64,000 bases of DNA from Verrucomicrobiota bacterium. GTDB lineage: Bacteria; Verrucomicrobiota; Kiritimatiellia; CAIVKH01. Position numbers and translations under genes: made by a program. Shown here in pieces: positions 57,409 through 64,000 of this stretch (positions within the stretch are counted from its first letter, which is position 1; every line of letters starts with the position of its first letter). Location of the stretch: positions 51,434-115,433 of the forward strand of contig JACKPT010000007.1 of the NCBI GenBank assembly GCA_024233345.1. Direction: 5' to 3'. Below the pieces are notes generated by a model. The model worked only from the letters and a program-made list of their open reading frames with translations. It did no database searches and was not told where the DNA came from.

Positions 57409-60400
57409 TTACGGGGTTTGTCGGACGCCGGTGCGATAGAAGGTTTGGCCGGCTTGATTGGTCGCGTTGAGCATGATCGCGCCTCCGGTGCCGGGTTTAC
57501 CGATTCCCAGCGGCGCCCAGTGGCTCCCCAGGATGTTGGTGGTCATGAACAGATCATAATATCGTCCGGCGATGGATTCAGGGATCTCCACCCCGATCGC
57601 ACTGTGCCCTTCAATCATGAGAATATCGGGTAGCCGGGACTGGGCGTTGTTGGGGTTGGTTCCGGCGATTTCTTCTTCCCAGTTGAGAAACCCATCCTGA
57701 TCCGGGTCGCCATAGGGGCCGGTTTGCCGGGTGATCGTGACTTCCGCATTGTAGACCGTGCTCTGTAGCGGAGTGCCGTTCACGGCGAGGTCATCCACGT
57801 ACAGGTTGTATTCCCATCCTCCGCCTGCGCTGTAGTTCCAGATGCGGATACGGTCAATGGCGGACAGGGAGGATACCTGAAGCTCTCCAAGGACATCGTG
57901 GGTCCCTATCCGGAAGCGGTACAGGTTGGGCGCCAGCAGTTCAAATTCCAGGTCATGTCCGGCATCGGACCAACCGATACCTGTATCCATGATACCCGAA
58001 CTCTCATTGACCACATAGTTGGATCCGTCGCCGATGAAGAGAAATTCAAACAGGTTTTGCCCGAAGGAATTCTGAAAGCCCACTCCGACCGATTTGCCGC
58101 CGGAAATCCAATTGTTATCGAATCGCATGGAAAAGACATCCCCGACATGGAGACTGGAGGGGAGGGTTCGGATCGCTTCGGAAATGCCTTCGCTGTTGGC
58201 CCAGAGTCCCCACGCGGCCTGGCCAAGACTGTTGTTGGCCTCATTGGTTCCGGCAATGAAGTGCCCGGCATTGGTGACCGCGATCAGGGTCCAGCCCTCC
58301 GGCCACCCGGTGCCGCCATTGCTCTGATTGGTCCAACCGGCAGTGTAGGCCAGGTCATCGGCGCTGTCATAGAGCCCGGCATTGGGATTATCGGTGTCGT
58401 TGGTTCCGCTGACCCGAATCAGGTTGACTCCCTCTTCCACCGGGACGGACGGTACGCTCCAGCTAGCGGCAACGGGAATGAGTCCATGGTCTCCGGTTCG
58501 GCTGTTGGTCCAGGAAAGATCACCCACCATGTCCACGGAAGTCCCCTTGAGTTCATACTGGGTGATCGTATTGGAAACGCTGATGTCTGAAGCGGGGTTG
58601 GTGATGACCAGTCCGGGAGCCTCGGCTTGGATGCAGCCGAGAACGGTAATATGCCAGTCGCTGCCCTGGTTGTTGTCCCAGACCTTGTTGGTGATGGCGC
58701 CATCATTGAAAACAAAGTCGATCTGCCAGGTGCTGTCGGGAATCTGGTAGGAGAGCGACCAGACGTTATCGATGCCCTGGGTCATGGCGATTTCCTCGGT
58801 TTCCTGCCAACTGTTGCGACCAAGGTAGATATATACCGGGTCGGCTTCGGACAAGACATCGCCGCCCGCATCGTAGCGAATGGTGACCGGAACGCAGCCC
58901 TGGGGTTGGGTGGGGGACAGGGTGACGACCCGGGGGGCCGCCCCGCAATCGGCCACGGTCAGGTGCCAGTCGCGGCCGAGATTGTTGTCGAAAATCTCGT
59001 TGGTCGGCGCTCCGTTATGGAAGAACAGGTCGATTTGCCAGGTGTTGTTGGTGACCTCGAACACCGTTTCCCAGGCGCTTCCGTTCCAGCTCATTTGCAC
59101 ATCCTGTCCATCCTGCCATCCATTCCGGGCAATGGTGGCGTAGACATTGACCGCGCCATTCAAAGGACCGTCGGCGGGATCAAAGGTAATGGTAATCGGG
59201 TCGCATCCACTGGGCTGGGCGGGGTCGAAAGTCGCGAGTCCGGATTGGTTCGGCGGGGTCTTGGAGAAGATTTGTACTGCATACATCCCCATGTTGACTG
59301 TCCCCATGGCCGGACTCCCGCTGGCCATGACATCCGCCCCGCCGATGCCGTCAAAATCTGCGCCATAGCTCGTGCTGTCCCCGTTAAAGTGGCAGTACCA
59401 CAGTCCCTCGGAAGGAAATTCGATTTGGTAGGAGCCGCTCTGGAATTTGGTGGCGGAGAAGTTGGCCACGACCACCACATCATCCGCTCCGCCCCCGGCA
59501 TCCCAGCGGATGAAACCGAGGACCTTGTTGACATCATCGATGTGGTGGACATTCACCCCGGTGCCCTTGAGGCCCTGGGTGCCTCCGCGCAAGTTGCGGC
59601 GGGCATGGATCAGACCGGAATAGGCATCGACAATTCCGCTGAATTGGGTGGCAAGGCTCCAGCGAAGGGCGGTTTCGGCACTGAAGGTCCAATCCTCATT
59701 CATTTCCTGCCCTTGAAAGATCATGGGAATTCCCGGGGTGGTCATGACAATCGAGGCGGCCAGAAGTTGGCGTTTGCGGGCCCAGATACTGGTGGGATCA
59801 CCGCCGTCAATATCCCGGGGCAGGCGTTGCTTTTGATTCAGGTCGCCGACGGAATCGTGGGATTCAGAGAATAGAACCCGGCTGTGGCTGGCATTCTGGG
59901 AAATGCGATCAGCCATCCAGCCCATGTTGCGTCCGGCATCGGTGCTCTGGGTGACTTGCCATTTCAGGTGGTCATGAAATCCGACATCCCATTGGCTGTG
60001 AAAATTCATATTGAAGTCGAACGCATGGTCCTCGGCGATTCGAACCACTCCGGGGTAATTCTGTTCCAGTTCCCAGTTGATGTCCCGCAGCAGGGACTCA
60101 CCATCGGGCAGGTGATTACCGCCGCTGTTGTAGTAGATCATGTTGAAGACCGAGTCCCATCGGAATCCGCTGATGTGAAACTCTTCGACAAACATGAAAA
60201 TCTGGTCCCGGATAAAGCTGCGCACTTCGGAACGGCCGAAGTCGGGTCGGGTGTCCCCCCACCAGGTGGATGCTTTGTCATACTGATTGTAAAAGTAGAT
60301 CCCGCCGAGGTTGTTCTGGTTCCATCCATCGAATTGCCAGAGGGAAAGATCGCTGGGTCCATAATGGTTGTGCACGACATCCATGAACACCGCGATGCCC

Positions 60401-61065
60401 CGCTGGTTCAGTGCCTTGACAAACCGCTTCAGGGCATCGGGACCACCGAGTGCGCTCTCAATTGCGAAGATGTCGGCCGGGTTGTATCCCCAGCTCTTGT
60501 CGGCAGCAAATTCATTGACCGGCATTAACTGGACCACGCTCACACCGAGATTCTGCAAATGCTCGATCCGGTCCAGGTTGACATCAAACGTGCTGGGAAC
60601 CCAACCCTCGGCGTTGAAGGTTCCGGCATGCATCTGGTAAATCACGGTATCGTTTCGATAGGGGTAGGGGGTGGTTGCGTCACCCCAGTCGAAGGCATTG
60701 CGGTTGTAGATGATTGAATTTCCGGCGGAGTTGGAGACCCGTCGGGAGCGGGGATCCCTTTTCCACAGGTTCCCGTTGAGGAAGTACTGGTATTGTTGAC
60801 CCGCGACCGCTCCGTTGATGTCCACAGACCAGTTACCATTGCCCTCACTGGTCAATGCCGTCTGGCCCCATCCATTAAAGTCACCACGAACGGCCACGCT
60901 CGATGCATTGGGGGCCCAGGTTCGGAAGGTAACGCCGTTGGTGCCGCCATCGGAGTAAGGGATCGCCCCCATACCAGGGCGGCTGGATTGGGCCAGCGTC
61001 AGGCTCGCGCTACTTAACAGGGTGGCTGCGACAAGGCAGGTGAGCAATCGTGTTGGATGAATCAT
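57409..61065 (-). CDS. Secreted multidomain GH13 alpha-glucan-active enzyme (CBM48 + GH13 + two CBM25/53-like modules + lectin-like domain + C-terminal module)
   Basis: Signal peptide LLSSASLTLAQS. CBM48-like VTFRTWAPNASSVAVRGDFNGW. GH13 regions DVVHNHYGP, GFRWDSV, IAEDH, FSESHDS. Two ~85-aa repeats end DNNLGRDWHLTV and DNNQGSDWHITV. TSP3-like DPDQDGFLNWEEEIAGTNP. The tail ends FYRTGVRQTP. Confidence 0.85.
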   Translation of the reverse strand: MIHPTRLLTCLVAATLLSSASLTLAQSSRPGMGAIPYSDGGTNGVTFRTWAPNASSVAVRGDFNGWGQTALTSEGNGNWSVDINGAVAGQQYQYFLNGNLWKRDPRSRRVSNSAGNSIIYNRNAFDWGDATTPYPYRNDTVIYQMHAGTFNAEGWVPSTFDVNLDRIEHLQNLGVSVVQLMPVNEFAADKSWGYNPADIFAIESALGGPDALKRFVKALNQRGIAVFMDVVHNHYGPSDLSLWQFDGWNQNNLGGIYFYNQYDKASTWWGDTRPDFGRSEVRSFIRDQIFMFVEEFHISGFRWDSVFNMIYYNSGGNHLPDGESLLRDINWELEQNYPGVVRIAEDHAFDFNMNFHSQWDVGFHDHLKWQVTQSTDAGRNMGWMADRISQNASHSRVLFSESHDSVGDLNQKQRLPRDIDGGDPTSIWARKRQLLAASIVMTTPGIPMIFQGQEMNEDWTFSAETALRWSLATQFSGIVDAYSGLIHARRNLRGGTQGLKGTGVNVHHIDDVNKVLGFIRWDAGGGADDVVVVANFSATKFQSGSYQIEFPSEGLWYCHFNGDSTSYGADFDGIGGADVMASGSPAMGTVNMGMYAVQIFSKTPPNQSGLATFDPAQPSGCDPITITFDPADGPLNGAVNVYATIARNGWQDGQDVQMSWNGSAWETVFEVTNNTWQIDLFFHNGAPTNEIFDNNLGRDWHLTVADCGAAPRVVTLSPTQPQGCVPVTIRYDAGGDVLSEADPVYIYLGRNSWQETEEIAMTQGIDNVWSLSYQIPDSTWQIDFVFNDGAITNKVWDNNQGSDWHITVLGCIQAEAPGLVITNPASDISVSNTITQYELKGTSVDMVGDLSWTNSRTGDHGLIPVAASWSVPSVPVEEGVNLIRVSGTNDTDNPNAGLYDSADDLAYTAGWTNQSNGGTGWPEGWTLIAVTNAGHFIAGTNEANNSLGQAAWGLWANSEGISEAIRTLPSSLHVGDVFSMRFDNNWISGGKSVGVGFQNSFGQNLFEFLFIGDGSNYVVNESSGIMDTGIGWSDAGHDLEFELLAPNLYRFRIGTHDVLGELQVSSLSAIDRIRIWNYSAGGGWEYNLYVDDLAVNGTPLQSTVYNAEVTITRQTGPYGDPDQDGFLNWEEEIAGTNPNNAQSRLPDILMIEGHSAIGVEIPESIAGRYYDLFMTTNILGSHWAPLGIGKPGTGGAIMLNATNQAGQTFYRTGVRQTP

Positions 61066-61235
61066 ATTGTATGCCTCGCTTTTAGTTAAACCGCTATAAT
61101 TAATTGGTATACCCCTTTACTTGGGGCATGTAAACCTTTGAATGAGTCTATTTTCATTGAAAATAAGTAATACGTTTCTATAAAGGTGGGGATCGGCTTC
61201 TTGATTTTTCGCGGGTGTTCCTCATACTGCGCAGC

Positions 61236-62258
61236 ATGAATGAACCGTCCTTGAACGACACCATGCGGAGGGACGATCCGGAGGTTGAGATCAAACTTCG
61301 CCCCGGACGATTTGACGATTTTATCGGTCAGGCCCGGGTTCGGGAACGAATTGAGCTTTCGGTCGCAGCGGCCAAGGGGCGCAATGATGTTCTTGGGCAT
61401 CTCTTGCTGGTGGGTCCCCCGGGACTGGGCAAGACTACGCTGGCCCATATCGTCGCCGATGCCATGGGGAGTGAGCTGCGGACCACGTCGGGCCCGGTCA
61501 TTGATAAGCCGGGTGACCTGGCGGGATTATTGACCAACCTGGAGCGGGGGGATGTCCTGTTCATCGATGAAATTCATCGTCTCCCCCGGACGGTGGAGGA
61601 ATACCTCTATTCGGCCATGGAGGACTATGTCATCGACATCGTGATCGATCAGGGGCCGAATGCGCGATCGGTCAGGCTCAATCTTCAGGAATTTACCCTG
61701 ATTGGGGCAACCACCCGAAGCGGATTGTTGACGGCGCCATTGCGTTCACGGTTCGGGTTGACCAACCGGTTGAACTATTACGGCCTTGATGAATTGACGG
61801 CGATTGCCCTGCGTTCGGCAAGGATTCTGAATGTGGACATGGAGGACGATGGGGCCCGTGAGATCGCCGGCCGGTCCCGGGGGACTCCCCGCATTACCAA
61901 CAATCTTCTGCGGTGGGTTCGGGATTATGCCCAAGTCCGGGCGAATAACCGGATTACCCAGGACATTGCCGATCAGGCATTGTGCATGCTGGATATCGAT
62001 CGCTATGGGCTTGATGAGATGGACAAGAAGATTCTGTCCACGATGATTGAAAAGTTTTCCGGCGGTCCGGTCGGGATTAACTCGTTATCGGTTTCCGTGG
62101 GGGAGGAACCGGGAACCATCGAAGAAGTCTATGAGCCCTTCCTCATTCAGGAGGGATATCTCAAACGCACACCGCAGGGGCGGGTAGTTACCGCTCTGGG
62201 TTATGAGCGGTTTGGCTTGAAAGCGCCGCCTGCGTCCGGCGAGTTGTTTGCTGAATAG
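61236..62258 (+). CDS. ruvB: Holliday junction branch migration helicase RuvB
   Basis: ATG 61236. LRPGRFDDFIGQ, Walker A GPPGLGKTT, Walker B LFIDEIHRL, sensor GATTRSG, GTPRI. Confidence 0.95.
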   Translation: MNEPSLNDTMRRDDPEVEIKLRPGRFDDFIGQARVRERIELSVAAAKGRNDVLGHLLLVGPPGLGKTTLAHIVADAMGSELRTTSGPVIDKPGDLAGLLTNLERGDVLFIDEIHRLPRTVEEYLYSAMEDYVIDIVIDQGPNARSVRLNLQEFTLIGATTRSGLLTAPLRSRFGLTNRLNYYGLDELTAIALRSARILNVDMEDDGAREIAGRSRGTPRITNNLLRWVRDYAQVRANNRITQDIADQALCMLDIDRYGLDEMDKKILSTMIEKFSGGPVGINSLSVSVGEEPGTIEEVYEPFLIQEGYLKRTPQGRVVTALGYERFGLKAPPASGELFAE

Positions 62259-62260
62259 CT

Positions 62261-62788
62261 TCAGCGCGGGGGGTGCGGTGGAGCCAGTCCGGGGGTGGGC
62301 GCAATTGAACCGGGCGGCACTTTGGGGATGAGGTATCCGGTGCCGTTACACCGCTGGCACGGTTCGGCATCGACGATGATGCCAATCACATCGGTTTTGT
62401 GGCGTTCACGTTGAATCTTGCCCATGCCGCTACAGTCGGGGCAAAGGATGGTATCAGTCGGCATGTCATGGATGATTCGCTTGCCGGAGGATCCGCAAAC
62501 CGGGCAGGCGTAGACATGATTTTTTTCGCGGCGATCCAGATAGCTCAACCGTCCTTCGCCCTGGCAGGTCGGACAGGTAATGGTCCTGTCTTTTTCCCGC
62601 AGTTTTGCCGGGGGGTGTGGCTCCCGGGGTTTTTGCTTGTTCGCGTGGAAGAACCGTCGATAGGAGTCCATGATCCGGTCCTCGCCGGGTAAGTCGGGCA
62701 GGCCGACTTCCGGGTACTGATGTTGGATCACCTTATAGGCGCTCACACCGATCAACAGAAGCAGGGCAAAATTCAGGACCCGCCGCAT
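62261..62788 (-). CDS. Membrane-anchored protein with a DnaJ-type four-repeat zinc-finger domain
   Basis: N-terminal TM VLNFALLLLIGVSAYKVI. Four CxxCxGxG-type repeats: CPTCQGEG, CPVCGSSG, CPDCSGMG, CQRCNGTG. Pro-rich C-terminus. No J domain. Confidence 0.7.
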   Translation of the reverse strand: MRRVLNFALLLLIGVSAYKVIQHQYPEVGLPDLPGEDRIMDSYRRFFHANKQKPREPHPPAKLREKDRTITCPTCQGEGRLSYLDRREKNHVYACPVCGSSGKRIIHDMPTDTILCPDCSGMGKIQRERHKTDVIGIIVDAEPCQRCNGTGYLIPKVPPGSIAPTPGLAPPHPPR

Positions 62789-62796
62789 GATAAGCC

Positions 62797-64000
62797 CTAT
62801 CGTTTGTCGATTGATTTCACACAGCGAAACCCGATAAGCGGACGCCCGTCCTCACCCATGCCGGTGCTCAGCTTCTTATTTTTCCCGATGTGTCCGCGGG
62901 CAAAGGTGGTCGCATCGTTGTCCGGACTCAGGTAATGTCCGCCGCGAAAGACCCGGCTTTCGCCCTGATCCGGTCCGGTGGGGTTGAGAATCGGGGCATG
63001 GGTGTAGGTGTTTGCGCCGTACCAGTCCTGGACCCATTCGGCGGCATTTCCGGCGAGATGCCGCAGTCCGTAGGTGGTTTCCATTGGAGTATCCGGTGTC
63101 ACCAGCATGCGCTCGGCCTGCGTAGGTGATTTGCGGTCCACCTCCCAGGTCACGGAGGGCAATTGCATGGGGGACTGCCCTTCGGCGAGCTGGCGGTTCA
63201 TCAGCTTCTCGATGTGGCTGCGGCCGGAGGGTAGGTTCACAAAAAGTTTGCCTGGGGAGGCTTCACCCCATGGATAGGTTCTGGCGTCATTGCCCCGTGC
63301 GGCTCGTTCCCACTCCGCTTCGGTGGGCAGGCGCTTGCCCGCCCAGTTGGCATAGGCATAGGCGTCAAACCAGTCCACCCCGACCACCGGCTGATCATCG
63401 CCACTGAATTCCTCCAGCGACCATCCCCTGGGGGTGTGGTCCTTCAGCGGGGGGGCATCGGGATGCTCCATCGAATAGTCACTGTTATCCCGGACGTACG
63501 TATAAAACTGGCGGTACTCGGCATTGGAAACCTCGTGCAGATCGATCAGAAATGGGTCGAGATGAATGATCTGGGGGGGGAAGGTATCATCACCAATGGT
63601 TGCCGAGCGATCGCCACGCAGGAAATAACCACCGGGAATGAGTACCATCCCGCTACCTTCGTCGGGCCGATAACCCCGGGGCACTTCATTCCCGCCACCC
63701 GCAGCATAGTAGGCGTCCAGCACCTGAGACTGGATGCGGAGAATAAAGTTCATATCCATTTCCTGGTAGAGATCGAGGTCTTCCTTCCGCATTTTTTGGG
63801 CGTCGCTACCGGATCCGAGTACCCGGGTCAGGATGAATTTTTGAAACGCATCGACTTCGGAGATTGCGAGGGCGTGTTCCTGGTCCGCGAGCAGGTTTTG
63901 CAGAGTGGTGTTGAGCGTTTGGGGCAACTCCCGGGCGATCAACCGCTGGCCTTCTCGCAACCGGTTATAAAAAGCCTTGGCCCGGGCATCGCCGGTATAG
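62797..64000 (-). CDS. FGE-sulfatase (SUMF1/formylglycine-generating-enzyme-like) domain protein, 5' end beyond window
   Basis: PVVGVDWFDAYAYANWAGKRLPTEAEWERAARG, YPWG, LAGNAAEWVQDWY, RVFRGGHY. The reading frame stays open to base 64000, so the listed TTG at 63960 is probably not the start. Confidence 0.8.
   Translation of the reverse strand, partial: YTGDARAKAFYNRLREGQRLIARELPQTLNTTLQNLLADQEHALAISEVDAFQKFILTRVLGSGSDAQKMRKEDLDLYQEMDMNFILRIQSQVLDAYYAAGGGNEVPRGYRPDEGSGMVLIPGGYFLRGDRSATIGDDTFPPQIIHLDPFLIDLHEVSNAEYRQFYTYVRDNSDYSMEHPDAPPLKDHTPRGWSLEEFSGDDQPVVGVDWFDAYAYANWAGKRLPTEAEWERAARGNDARTYPWGEASPGKLFVNLPSGRSHIEKLMNRQLAEGQSPMQLPSVTWEVDRKSPTQAERMLVTPDTPMETTYGLRHLAGNAAEWVQDWYGANTYTHAPILNPTGPDQGESRVFRGGHYLSPDNDATTFARGHIGKNKKLSTGMGEDGRPLIGFRCVKSIDKR

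Noticed and set aside
61066-61235. Short inverted repeat (AATGA-N7-TCATT) in the A/T-rich spacer between the GH13 gene and ruvB; considered as an operator
   Set aside because: It has only 5-bp arms in A/T-rich DNA, well within chance expectation.
1-64000. CRISPR arrays, transposases, integrases, rRNA genes, toxin-antitoxin or known defence-system gene sets
   Set aside because: I found no regularly spaced direct repeats and no DDE, tyrosine or serine recombinase other than housekeeping xerD. I also recognised no restriction, Cas, abortive-infection or similar signature in any frame.

Overview
GC-rich (by eye about 58-62% G+C), gene-dense bacterial chromosomal segment with about 60 protein genes and one tRNA. 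I saw no rRNA, CRISPR array, transposase or integrase. Most of it is core metabolism and cell biology. In map order: a 5'-truncated DAHP synthase, map, a GH127-like hydrolase, nickel-pincer cofactor genes larE/larC/larB, ftsQ-ftsA-ftsZ, leuCD, a parvulin-type lipoprotein, a purC-xerD-rnc string, tadA, lipA, a GT2 + DUF368 pair, and a NUDIX hydrolase. Then a complete Na+-NQR locus (nqrABCDEF-apbE plus a convergent nqrM-like gene), a polyprenyl synthase, gpmI, manA, holA, a DnaQ-like exonuclease, aspC, fbaA, rsmB, gph, ruvB, and an FGE-type gene that runs off the right edge. Accessory-looking parts are: (i) a 918-aa secreted protein made of eight ~102-aa repeats, followed by a decayed gene fragment; (ii) a visibly more A/T-rich ~2.3-kb patch next to tRNA-Glu(CUC) holding a GspG-like protein and an orphan protein; (iii) a five-gene overlapping operon crcB-GT4-orphan PP-loop enzyme-cupin-DegT aminotransferase; (iv) a two-domain NDK-like protein; (v) a 1218-aa secreted GH13 enzyme; (vi) a membrane-anchored DnaJ-type zinc-finger protein. 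The mix of Na+-NQR, FGE-type genes, GspG-like proteins without prepilin leaders and very large secreted glycosidases suggests a PVC-group bacterium (Verrucomicrobiota/Kiritimatiellota-like), but that is a guess. All function calls come from reading the supplied translations against remembered family motifs; no search or computation was possible. I found no clear-cut new multi-gene system. The best candidate for something undescribed is the crcB-to-aminotransferase operon (46147-50746), especially its 494-aa PP-loop protein.
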